DNA of 64,000 nucleotides from Oceanispirochaeta sp. Lineage in GTDB: Bacteria; Spirochaetota; Spirochaetia; DSM-2461. The translations under genes and the position numbers were made by a program. The notes below the pieces were generated by a model. The model was not told the DNA's origin, did no database searches, and saw only the letters and a program-made list of their open reading frames with translations. This document shows, one piece after another, positions 40,091 to 49,132 of the stretch; within the stretch, counting starts at the first letter, position 1, and the number at the start of each line of letters is the position of its first letter. The stretch lies in assembly GCA_963666275.2 (NCBI GenBank), contig CAXXOA010000002.1, positions 960,001-1,024,000 on the forward strand, in the 5' to 3' direction.

Positions 40091-42238
40091 TTAGAATTTT
40101 ATTCCCACCACATAGCGGTAGTAGGCCTTGAAGTCCTCACTGAACAGGTTGAATGACTTTCCTGTATACAGGGATGACTGAGGTGCATGGGGATAGGTGA
40201 AATCCATAGTGACCCCCCAGAAGAGTCCTATTCCGTCCAATCCCACAAGAGCCCTGGCCGAGGGAACCGCCGTGTAATCTTTCAGCTCTGTCACATCAAG
40301 GTAACTTTGCTTCATACCGCCGTCCAGGTCCACGAAGAAGGGGCCGATATCCAGGCGGCTACCAATATGGAATCCCCAGACCATATCATCCGGATTTTCC
40401 GTGTAGTTTCCCGAGGTATTACCGAAATAGTAGAGGGTATAGAAGTAGTTGGTTCCCGACTGAAAGGCCGAATAGATCCTTTTGTCCTCCTGGTATTCAA
40501 ACCAGAAACCCAGATCCACTATGCCGTTTCTTGATAAGTTGATTAACCCCAGGGGAAGCCCGTAGATCTCCCGGGATATATTGAGAACCCCCACCTGGAG
40601 TCCCCGCATGGTTCCGGCAATGTTCAGAACCGATACCTGGGTTCCTTCTATGTAGGAACTGTAGTTATAGATCCCCGCCGCCTGGAACCCTTTGAGTTCC
40701 CCCGCCTGGTTGAATATGCCTGATGCCTGTATTCCCGTGGACGGGCGCCCGACAATATTGAAAATACCCGAGGCCTGAATTCCCGTAAAAGACTCTCTGG
40801 TGATATTGAAGACACTTCCGATCTGAATTCCGTTCATGTTCCGGGAGGTGATATTGAAAACATTACCATACTGGATTCCCTCCATATTCCCCTGAACGAT
40901 ATTGAAAAGGTTGCCGTACTGAAAGCCTCTGAAGTTGTCTCTGGTCAGGTTCCAACCATAACTCACCTGGATCCCCTCACTGGGATGGAGGGTGGTGTTC
41001 CAGCCCCAGGTGGCCTGGATTCCCGAAAGGGTGGGGGCTCTTGATCCGAGAAGGCCCAGCTGGAAGTTCACCAGGTCGTTTTCTTCAATTTCAGGATAGT
41101 CCATGCCGGGCAGGATGGAAAAGACAAAGCTCTTCTGACCCTCCGAAACTTCCCCGACTTCTCCCCGGAAACGGGTGAACTCAAAACCCCGGGCGGATTC
41201 AAAATCTTCCAGAGTCAGATAGAGCTGCGCATTCCGGGACAGGCTGACTTCTGCGGTTTTCACATCCTCTCCATCATTATAGAGGCTCTCGGAGCTGCTG
41301 AGTCTGATTGAGTAGGCTCCCGAGGGAAGAGCCATTTTGAGGGTATCCCCCTCAGGTTTGGTGAATTCCGCTATGAGTCTGTCCGTGTCATCCCGGATGG
41401 AGAAGCGGCCCCCCAGTTCGCCCGAAAGCTGCAGGGCTGAAGTGGGGACAGTCAGGTCTGTAAGGACCAGATCTCCGGTTCCTGTCAGCTGTATCTCATA
41501 GGCCGGATGCTGAGGCCCGCCGATGGTGGATTCTGTCCGGGAGAGGGTTTCCTCATAGGTGTGCTGATAGACTTCGTTCAGTGTGACTCTGCCGTCTCTG
41601 GTGTTGTCGGCAGCGCCTCTCAGTCCTGTGATCAGATAGTGGGTGAAAAAGGATCCTCCCAGAGCATCCGATTCCTGGGAGAGCTCTGTTTCCGAACTGG
41701 ATGTCAGAAAAGCATGCCCTTCCATGGAGGAGGAGTCATCCATCAGGAAGGGAGAACGGCGCTGCCCTCCTTTGGATCGTGTGAAGGCTCCGGATGAACA
41801 GGAATCCAGCACCGCAATAACCACATCGGCTCCGGAGCTGTCCAGCTGGGAGCGGATATCCTTGTAGGATATCATCCCGTCGGCCAGGAGGATTCCCGTT
41901 TCATTGGAGTGTCCTGAGTAGTAGAACATGACCTCCGACCGCCTTACCAGGCTGTCAACTTCCTTTATCTGATAGGTCAGATCCCGCAGCTCTCTGCGGA
42001 TCCCTTCTGAGGTTGGATCGAGGAGCAGACGGCTGTCCTCGTAACTGATTCCTCCGATCTGACGCATGGTTCTGGCCATGGCGCTGGCATCATCATCGGC
42101 ATAGAGAAGAGTCTGCCTGGCATCTCCTCCGTTATTGGCTCCGATAAAGAGTCCGAACCGGCGAATCTCCAGGGCATCCGCGCTCAGAAGAGTACTGCCC
42201 AGGGCTATAAAAATCAGGATAAGCGCTGTTTTTTTCAC
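40091..42238 (-). CDS. Secreted caspase-family (peptidase C14) protein with LA_2272-type repeats and a C-terminal beta-barrel-like domain
   Basis: Signal peptide; RFGLFIGAN; L-x-YADDDA; catalytic YYSGH and LDSCSSG; about 11 G-x-Q-x-x-x-x-x-N-type repeats; ends YYRYVVGIKF. Confidence 0.88.
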   Translation of the reverse strand: MKKTALILIFIALGSTLLSADALEIRRFGLFIGANNGGDARQTLLYADDDASAMARTMRQIGGISYEDSRLLLDPTSEGIRRELRDLTYQIKEVDSLVRRSEVMFYYSGHSNETGILLADGMISYKDIRSQLDSSGADVVIAVLDSCSSGAFTRSKGGQRRSPFLMDDSSSMEGHAFLTSSSETELSQESDALGGSFFTHYLITGLRGAADNTRDGRVTLNEVYQHTYEETLSRTESTIGGPQHPAYEIQLTGTGDLVLTDLTVPTSALQLSGELGGRFSIRDDTDRLIAEFTKPEGDTLKMALPSGAYSIRLSSSESLYNDGEDVKTAEVSLSRNAQLYLTLEDFESARGFEFTRFRGEVGEVSEGQKSFVFSILPGMDYPEIEENDLVNFQLGLLGSRAPTLSGIQATWGWNTTLHPSEGIQVSYGWNLTRDNFRGFQYGNLFNIVQGNMEGIQYGNVFNITSRNMNGIQIGSVFNITRESFTGIQASGIFNIVGRPSTGIQASGIFNQAGELKGFQAAGIYNYSSYIEGTQVSVLNIAGTMRGLQVGVLNISREIYGLPLGLINLSRNGIVDLGFWFEYQEDKRIYSAFQSGTNYFYTLYYFGNTSGNYTENPDDMVWGFHIGSRLDIGPFFVDLDGGMKQSYLDVTELKDYTAVPSARALVGLDGIGLFWGVTMDFTYPHAPQSSLYTGKSFNLFSEDFKAYYRYVVGIKF

Positions 42239-43048
42239 TTAATGGTCCTCTTTCAGGATCGGGACGGCATACTGATGGATTGTACCAATTGCCGATGTAT
42301 CCAGTTTTTCCTTCTTCAGGAGACCGGGGATATCCAGGAGAATGTTCTGATCCCTGGCCTCTCCGGCTATCAGGTCAATGATCGGAGCCACAGGAAAAGC
42401 CTTGTCTGAAGTGATCAGATAGAAGGTCTCATAGGCAGGGGCATCATCCAGTTCATACGAGAAGGGAAGCAGCTGCTGCCCTCCGGTTTTCAGGGGCACC
42501 GCGGTTTCGGATTCTTCGGGGAGATGGCGGGTTACAACGCCTCGGCCGTCTACCGAAATGATCATTCCGTATACGGGAGCTGTTACCTGATAGGCCAGCT
42601 GGATAAGATCCGATTCTTCGGCGGAATCATAGAGTTCCAGTACTTCCGATTTTCCCTGAATCTCCCTGTAGACCTTCAGATCCGGTTCTCCCAGGCCTTT
42701 GATCCTTGTTATCTCATTGTCAGGGGTCCTGTCATTGACCGAGAAGAGGAAGGGGATAAACAGACCGAAAAGGACCATGGCCGCCGCGGGAATCAGATAG
42801 GGCAGGCGGGACTTCCTCGAGGGGAAAGAGGTCTCGTTCCCTCTATCAGTCTCTTCCTTCCCTTCCATTTTCGCCTTTATAGCGGCCGCCATATCTTCCG
42901 GTTTGTAGGCGGCAAGGATCTCTCTGTTGGACCGGGCTATTTCATCCATCTCCCGGGAGAGTTCTTCCCTGTCCAGGCCCTCTTCCCAGGACGGAGGGAG
43001 TTCTCCCAGAAAGTATTTTTCCGCTTTTACGGTAGGATCTTTTTTCAT
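42239..43048 (-). CDS. Putative transmembrane anti-sigma factor (ActD-like/DUF4384-like periplasmic domain)
   Basis: Short cytoplasmic N-terminus (EKYFLGELP), one TM helix, TRIKG, then D-x-IQL-x-Y...SVDGRG-x-VT-x-H-x-P...SYELDDAP; overlaps the sigma gene stop. Confidence 0.75.
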   Translation of the reverse strand: MKKDPTVKAEKYFLGELPPSWEEGLDREELSREMDEIARSNREILAAYKPEDMAAAIKAKMEGKEETDRGNETSFPSRKSRLPYLIPAAAMVLFGLFIPFLFSVNDRTPDNEITRIKGLGEPDLKVYREIQGKSEVLELYDSAEESDLIQLAYQVTAPVYGMIISVDGRGVVTRHLPEESETAVPLKTGGQQLLPFSYELDDAPAYETFYLITSDKAFPVAPIIDLIAGEARDQNILLDIPGLLKKEKLDTSAIGTIHQYAVPILKEDH

Positions 43049-43524
43049 AATTCTCTCCCTTCCAGGCTTAACCCTGCTTCCCGAAGTTTTCTGAGCCGCC
43101 GTCTGACCCCGGATACGGACATTCCCGCCATTTCCGCTGTCTCTTCCAGTGTCAGACCATCCATATAGTGCAGCACCGCGATGGTCCTTGTTGAAGGTTT
43201 CTGTTCCATAAAAAGCTGGTCCAGAAAAATCCTGTTCACCGCCTGATCCTCCACCCGGTCGGAGCTGACGATCCTTTCCAGTATTTCATTGTCCGCAGAG
43301 CTCCGGTTCTCTTTCCGCATTACATTCAGACAATGGTTGGTGGCAATCGTATAGAGCAGACTGGAGGGGTATGTGTCTTTCAGGCTTTTCTTCTTGTTCA
43401 GTACTTTGACAAATACATCCTGCATCGCGTCCAGTGCCATTTCCTCATCTTTCAGAAGCTGCCGACAGCGTCTGAGAACCATCGGTCCGTATTTGGTATA
43501 TAAACTTTCAATATCAACAGCCAG
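43045..43524 (-). CDS. ECF sigma factor (sigma70 group 4), probable CTG start
   Basis: Region 2 LYTKYGPMVLRRC...DAMQDVF...LYTIATNHCLN; region 4 GLTLEETAEMAGMSVSGVRRRL. Extended 14 codons beyond the ORF-track start. Confidence 0.92.
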   Translation of the reverse strand: MAVDIESLYTKYGPMVLRRCRQLLKDEEMALDAMQDVFVKVLNKKKSLKDTYPSSLLYTIATNHCLNVMRKENRSSADNEILERIVSSDRVEDQAVNRIFLDQLFMEQKPSTRTIAVLHYMDGLTLEETAEMAGMSVSGVRRRLRKLREAGLSLEGREL

Positions 43525-43535
43525 ACCCTGCCCCC

Positions 43536-44147
43536 TTAGTACTCTTTGAAATAGCGATCGTAATACCTGCGTCTGTGCCGGTCTTCTCCTCCCAGCCTTA
43601 CACCTGCGGAAAGGGAAGCCTGCCAGCGGGAGACCACCAGAGGAGAGATTCCCGCGGCAGGGATAGCACTGTTGTCTATCCGGTATACCAGACGGGATCC
43701 CAGAAAAAATCCATCCTGAAGCAGAAGATTCACTCCGGCTCCTGCAGCAGGGACCAGGGAAAGATGAAGCTCCCGGTCTGAAGTCATACCAGTTTTTCCG
43801 AAGTTTCCATATGACCCTTCCAGATAGGGATCCAGTAAACAGCTATTCCCAAATAGATGATACCTTATAAAGATTTGACCTTGCCAGTTAAAATACCACT
43901 GGTTTTCTTCAGTTTCCTCAAAATCGATCAAACCGCTCATACCGAATCCCAGATACTCCTGCTTCATTTCAATATCCATACCCCGGAGACTCATCTCATC
44001 CTGGCGGATATCTTTCAAATGGTCTTTTTTCTCATCCCATTCCCAGGTGAAAACAGCGGAAATCCGGGTTTCCTCCAGAGCTGTTAAACCCATGGCAGGG
44101 CCGGTCAGTAGAATTATAAGAACGGTTAAGTTTCTGACGGATCTCAC
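43536..44147 (-). CDS. Exported beta-barrel-like protein, first gene of the ECF operon
   Basis: GTG 44147 behind GGAGG; signal peptide; amphipathic strands DPYLEG, GAGVNL, SLSAGVRL. Confidence 0.65.
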   Translation of the reverse strand: MRSVRNLTVLIILLTGPAMGLTALEETRISAVFTWEWDEKKDHLKDIRQDEMSLRGMDIEMKQEYLGFGMSGLIDFEETEENQWYFNWQGQIFIRYHLFGNSCLLDPYLEGSYGNFGKTGMTSDRELHLSLVPAAGAGVNLLLQDGFFLGSRLVYRIDNSAIPAAGISPLVVSRWQASLSAGVRLGGEDRHRRRYYDRYFKEY

Positions 44148-44219
44148 TTTTTCAGCCCTCCGGTCTGTTCTACTAGATAAAACAACCAGAGCGGTGATTT
44201 CTGTCACTCTAAAAAAATA

Positions 44220-44249
44220 AAAAAGCCGGTTTCCAGTCAACCGGCTTCT
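44220..44249 (-). terminator. Intrinsic terminator after the MCP gene
   Basis: AAGCCGGTT-loop-AACCGGCTT followed by a T-run on the minus strand. Confidence 0.75.
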
Positions 44250-44273
44250 CTCAGGATCCAATACGTCGGGAGT

Positions 44274-45878
44274 TTAAGAGGTTTTTTCCGGAATCAGAGA
44301 GACTTCTTCCGAAGGATTCACCTCCCCGCTGCTCAGATGAAAATAGTTGACAGTATCAAACAGGACCTCTGACTGATGCTGCAGTTCCTGGGACATATTC
44401 ATTATTTTTTCACTGGACAGGGCATTGCCCTGGATCACACTGTCCATCTCCAGCATGGCCGAATTGACCTGTTCGGCTCCTTTGAACTGCTCCGCACTGG
44501 CACTGTATATCTCCTCGAGCATTTCCGAGGATTCCTTGATTCTCGGCACCATCGAGTTGATCAGGTCGCCGGATTCTTCGGCCGCTCTCAGGCTGGAATC
44601 GGCTATCAGGGTTATCTCTTTTGCCGCGGTCTGACTGCTCTCCGCCAGTTTTTTCACTTCCGTTGCTACAACGGCAAATCCTTTTCCTGTTTCTCCCGCT
44701 CTGGCAGCTTCAATAGCGGCATTCAGAGCCAGCATATTGGTATTCCGTGCAATTTCATCGATGATTGATATTTTCTCTGTAATCACTTTCATGGCTTCAA
44801 CCGTCCCCATAACGGACTTTCCACCGGTAATAGCATCTTCCGATGCCTTTTTGGTGATGGTATCTGAATTTTTGGCGTTTTCCGTGGTCAGCTGAATATT
44901 GGAGACAAGCTGTTCCATGGAGGCGGAAATCTCCTGGGCTCCCGCTGCCTGCTGACTGGCGCCTTCAGACACCTGCCGGGTGGAGTCGCTTATGCGTGTG
45001 GACTCCCTGGCAATCAGAGTCGCCGAGTTCTGGATGGAACGGATGACATTCTGAAGCTGCTGGATCATTTTGTTGAATGAGTCTGCCAGCTGTCCCGTTT
45101 CATCTCCGCTGATACTGGCAATCATAACATCCAGATTGCCTTCCGCCACTTCTATGGCATCTCTTGTTATAGCCACTATGGGGCCGGCGATTTTTCTTCC
45201 TATCAGAATAGCTGTCAGGGTTGCCGCAATCAGGAGAACCAGGGCAATGGCAAGCAGAATCATAGTACTGCTCTGGATAGAAGATTGAACAAACTCCCTG
45301 CTGTGCTGGACGATCCTGTCAATATCATCCGTATAGTTGCCCGTTCCCAATACCCAGCCGAATGGTTCATAAAGGATTGTGTAGGATCTTTTGGGTGAGG
45401 CTTCTGCGGCTCCCGGACGGGGAAACCAGTAGTCTGTGAAGCCGCCGGCTGCTCCCAGTCTGTTGAACTCCTGAATGAATTTTTTCCCCCGGGCATCAAC
45501 GGCATCCCAGCGGTTTTTTCCCTCCTGTTCGTTTCCCAGAAAAACAACGGTAGTTCCGTCTTCCGTATCCGCCCAGAAATATCCGTCTTCTCCATAGCGG
45601 AGGTTCCTAAGAAAATCCGCCGCCAGTTCCTGAGCCTCTTCGGGAGAGACTGTTCCTCTTTCGGAAAGACTGGTGAACGAGTCCAGCATGGAGACGGCTT
45701 CTTCCACCAGATTTTTTGACATCCTGTCAAAATCGCTGCGCAGTTCCCGTTCCATTTCACTGAGATTCTGGTTTCCTATCCTCTTGATGGTAAGAATGGA
45801 GAACATTGTTATCGCTGCTGTCAGTACTGTCAGGGAAAAGAAAACAAGGAGGGCAATTTTATTCTGAATTTTTTTCAT
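44274..45878 (-). CDS. Methyl-accepting chemotaxis protein (single Cache, HAMP)
   Basis: Two TMs; [10 protein letters not shown]...[45 protein letters not shown]. Confidence 0.96.
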   Translation of the reverse strand: MKKIQNKIALLVFFSLTVLTAAITMFSILTIKRIGNQNLSEMERELRSDFDRMSKNLVEEAVSMLDSFTSLSERGTVSPEEAQELAADFLRNLRYGEDGYFWADTEDGTTVVFLGNEQEGKNRWDAVDARGKKFIQEFNRLGAAGGFTDYWFPRPGAAEASPKRSYTILYEPFGWVLGTGNYTDDIDRIVQHSREFVQSSIQSSTMILLAIALVLLIAATLTAILIGRKIAGPIVAITRDAIEVAEGNLDVMIASISGDETGQLADSFNKMIQQLQNVIRSIQNSATLIARESTRISDSTRQVSEGASQQAAGAQEISASMEQLVSNIQLTTENAKNSDTITKKASEDAITGGKSVMGTVEAMKVITEKISIIDEIARNTNMLALNAAIEAARAGETGKGFAVVATEVKKLAESSQTAAKEITLIADSSLRAAEESGDLINSMVPRIKESSEMLEEIYSASAEQFKGAEQVNSAMLEMDSVIQGNALSSEKIMNMSQELQHQSEVLFDTVNYFHLSSGEVNPSEEVSLIPEKTS

Positions 45879-45998
45879 ATAGATCTCCTACGAGACATTC
45901 TGTACAAGAAAGTCTAATAGGAGTTCTTTTCCGACACTAAAGGGCTTTTATAGTCTTTCTGTGTCAATTTTGTGAATAATTGTCAGTGAAAAAAGAAC

Positions 45999-46529
45999 CT
46001 ATTCCTGGGGAATCACTTTTCCAATATAGGGAAGGTTTCTGTGTTTCTGGGCATAATCAATGCCATAACCCACAATGAATACATCAGGAATTGTGAATCC
46101 CACATAGTCAACGTGAACCTCCACCTCCCGCCGGTCGGGCTTATCCAGGAGTGTGCAGATTTTCAGTGAGGCCGGGTTTCTCAGTTCCAGAATCTCTTTG
46201 ACTTTCTGCAGGGTATAGCCCGTGTCAATGATATCTTCCACAATGATCACATGCCTGCCGTGAATCTCCTCTTCCAGGTCCTTGTTGATATGGACATCTC
46301 TGGAGGAATCCATGGAATTCCCGTAGCTGGAAACAACCATGAAATCAAATCTGGCATCAAGATCTATGTGACGGGCCAGATCTGCCAGGAATACGGTGGA
46401 TCCTCTGAGAAGGCCGACAAGAAGAATCTCTTCGGCATGGGCATACTCTTTTTCGATAACTTTACCCATCTCTCTGACCTTGTCTGCCAGGGTGGCCGTA
46501 TCAATCATTTTCTCAATTGTGTATTTCAT
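45999..46529 (-). CDS. hpt: Hypoxanthine phosphoribosyltransferase
   Basis: [42 protein letters not shown]. Confidence 0.96.
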   Translation of the reverse strand: MKYTIEKMIDTATLADKVREMGKVIEKEYAHAEEILLVGLLRGSTVFLADLARHIDLDARFDFMVVSSYGNSMDSSRDVHINKDLEEEIHGRHVIIVEDIIDTGYTLQKVKEILELRNPASLKICTLLDKPDRREVEVHVDYVGFTIPDVFIVGYGIDYAQKHRNLPYIGKVIPQE

Positions 46530-46812
46530 AGCTGTATTTTCCCCGAGGTCCCGGGAAGTGTCAACTCATAAAAGGGCAGACTCCCATCCTGTCGCCTCTC
46601 CTTTTCTGATAATATTCTTTAGCGGGTCCAGGTTCGCCAATTGTGTCCTTAAAATGAGGAGAGGGACTTTTTTACGGCTGTTTTGTGAGGGATCAATGAA
46701 TCCCTATGTAATTATTGTGTAGTTTGGGGGCCTTCGATTGCAAATCTGTTTTTCCCGTAGATATGATTGAATAAGCAGGGAATTCAACATTTTTTAAAAG
46801 AAGGAACAGAAT

Positions 46813-48525
46813 ATGAAAAAGATACATTTGAGGATATTAAGTTTAATACTGATGATTCTCGTTTTATTCGGGGCCGTTATGGGGTCCTTCTCTGTGTTCA
46901 TGCTGAGCAGAATCGGAGAGCAGGATATTGAAACTCTTGAACAGGCCCTGAGGGACGATTTTGACCGGCTGTCCCAATGGCAGGTAGAGTCGGCGATTTC
47001 CATGATCGAGTATGCCTACAGCAAAAAGGATCAGATCGGTCTGGAAGCGGCGGTGGAAGAGGCAAAAGAGTATGTGAGAAGCCTTTCCTATGGAGATAGC
47101 GGATATATTTTTGTCTACGGAAGCGATGGAGAGACTATTGTGCTTCTGGGGTCTGATGCGGAGGGGACCAACCGCTGGGATCTACAGGATGCTAATGGGA
47201 ATTATATAATCCGGGATATCGTGGAAGCAGCCAAAAACGGAACAGGATTCACAACCTATTACTATCCCAAACCGGGAGAGACCGAAGCGCTCCCCAAACG
47301 GGCATACAATGCCTATTTTGCCCCGCTGGACTGGAGTGTCGGTACCGGGAACTATGTAGATGACATCGATACCATTATTGTAAGTGAAGAGCAGCGTATA
47401 CGGGATAATATAAGGAATGTGGTCATTATGATTATCTTCCTGGATCTTATCCTCTTTGTTCTGGGGGCAGCATTTGCCTGGTATCTGGGAAAGAAGATTT
47501 CCCGGCCCATAGAGTATCTCTCTCAGGAAGCTATGAAAGTGGCTTCGGGAGATCTGATGGTCAGTATGGAAGTCACTTCAAAAGATGAAGTGGGAACTCT
47601 GGCCGATGCGTTCAATCAGATGGTGGGCCGTCTCCATTCCACTGTGGACGGGATAATCAGGGTGTCCAGGCAAATACATAACAGTGCCGTCGAAGTCGCC
47701 AATGCCTCCCAGCAGGTGGCGACCGGAGCCAGCGAACAGGCTTCCAGTGCCGAGGAAATCTCTTCATCCATGGAAGAGCTGTCTGCCAATATTCAGCAGA
47801 ATACGGAAAACTCCCGGACATCCAACAGTATTGTCAAAAAGGCCGCAGAGGATGGAGATTCAGGAGGTGCAGCCGTTGAAGAGACTGTTCAGTCCATGAA
47901 GTTTATCTCTGAAAAAATAAGTATTATCGAAGAGATCGCCAGAAATACGAATCTGCTGGCCCTTAATGCCGCTATTGAAGCCGCCCGGGCAGGAGAAGCC
48001 GGGAAGGGCTTTGCCGTTGTCGCTTCGGAGGTCCGGAAACTGGCCGAGAACAGTCAGAAGGCGGCGAATGATATCACCCATGTTTCTTCAGAAAGTGTGA
48101 AAAAAGCGGATATGACCAGGGAACTGATGCAGAATCTGGTTCCCAATATCAAAAAATCGGCAGACCTGGTGGAAGAGATCATGGAGGCCAGTATTGAACA
48201 GGCCAATGGAGCGGATCAGATTAACACGGCCCTTCTGCAGATGGATAAGGTCATTCAGGATAATGCCTCGTCCAGTGAGCAGATTGCAGCCATGTCTGAG
48301 GAGCTGAAAAACAAATCGGACCAACTGGCGGAGATGGTAAGTTTCTTCCGTATTGATCAATCAGAGGATTCAGGTACTATAAAAAGAGGGGCTGTCAAAA
48401 AGACAAAAAAGACAGAAAGCCCCAAGCAGAAACCCCAGGTGGCTCTGCCCGAGTCCGTTGAGGTTCTGGAACCCTCTTATATCTCCAGGGAGGAACATGA
48501 TGAAGACGATTTTATGGAATTCTGA
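46813..48525 (+). CDS. Methyl-accepting chemotaxis protein (single Cache, HAMP) with C-terminal tail ending DFMEF
   Basis: Same architecture as 44274-45878; [26 protein letters not shown]; acidic tail with a pentapeptide-like end. Confidence 0.96.
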   Translation: MKKIHLRILSLILMILVLFGAVMGSFSVFMLSRIGEQDIETLEQALRDDFDRLSQWQVESAISMIEYAYSKKDQIGLEAAVEEAKEYVRSLSYGDSGYIFVYGSDGETIVLLGSDAEGTNRWDLQDANGNYIIRDIVEAAKNGTGFTTYYYPKPGETEALPKRAYNAYFAPLDWSVGTGNYVDDIDTIIVSEEQRIRDNIRNVVIMIIFLDLILFVLGAAFAWYLGKKISRPIEYLSQEAMKVASGDLMVSMEVTSKDEVGTLADAFNQMVGRLHSTVDGIIRVSRQIHNSAVEVANASQQVATGASEQASSAEEISSSMEELSANIQQNTENSRTSNSIVKKAAEDGDSGGAAVEETVQSMKFISEKISIIEEIARNTNLLALNAAIEAARAGEAGKGFAVVASEVRKLAENSQKAANDITHVSSESVKKADMTRELMQNLVPNIKKSADLVEEIMEASIEQANGADQINTALLQMDKVIQDNASSSEQIAAMSEELKNKSDQLAEMVSFFRIDQSEDSGTIKRGAVKKTKKTESPKQKPQVALPESVEVLEPSYISREEHDEDDFMEF

Positions 48526-48528
48526 TAA

Positions 48529-49020
48529 TTGAGAGCCTCAGTTTACTTTCTGCTGGCTTTTGTTTTTCTCCCCTTTGTTCTGTCAGCCCAGTCCCGGGAT
48601 CTTCTGATCCTGGGATCAGTGGAAATGGTGACCCTCACTCCCCCGGGGGAGACGGTTCCCGCCCGAATTGATACGGGAGCCGCAGTTTCGTCCCTCTCGG
48701 CATATCAGGTCGAGGAATTCCTCAGGGACGGACGGATGTGGGTTCGGTTCAGGACCTCTTTCTCAGAGGAGCAGACTCATTCGTGGGAGCTGCCCGTGAA
48801 AAGGACTCTCCTGGTTCGGCAGGGCAGCCGTGAAGAGCTGCAGCATCGGTATATTGTTGAGATTCAGATACAGCTGGGTGAGATGACTCTCTCAGAGGAG
48901 TTCTCTCTGGCCGACCGACGAGGGATGGCATATCCTGTTCTTATTGGCCGGAACATTCTTGAAGGGAAGGCTCTTGTGGATGTGTCTGGAGAGTTTTTTG
49001 TTTCTCCTCCTGATAGATAG
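48529..49020 (+). CDS. Retropepsin-like protease (RimK-associated 'ATP-dependent zinc protease' family), secreted
   Basis: ARIDTGA-x-x-SSL, F-x-L-x-DR-x-x-M-x-YPVLIGR; signal peptide. Confidence 0.85.
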   Translation: MRASVYFLLAFVFLPFVLSAQSRDLLILGSVEMVTLTPPGETVPARIDTGAAVSSLSAYQVEEFLRDGRMWVRFRTSFSEEQTHSWELPVKRTLLVRQGSREELQHRYIVEIQIQLGEMTLSEEFSLADRRGMAYPVLIGRNILEGKALVDVSGEFFVSPPDR

Positions 49021-49073
49021 ATTCTGAAACGGGACATATAAGGACCCCTACCATTACAGGAAATTGAAAAAGG

Positions 49074-49105
49074 AAAAGCCTGACTCTTTAAAAAGTCAGG
49101 CTTTT
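49074..49105. terminator. Bidirectional intrinsic terminator
   Basis: AAAAGCCTGACT-loop-AGTCAGGCTTTT between convergent genes. Confidence 0.85.
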
Positions 49106-49132
49106 GAATTTATAAAGGAGTGCTGAAGAGAC

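Noticed and set aside
45879..46812. Sigma28 promoters or c-di-GMP riboswitches upstream of the chemoreceptors
   Set aside because: No TAAA-N15-GCCGATAA with correct spacing and no GEMM motif recognised.
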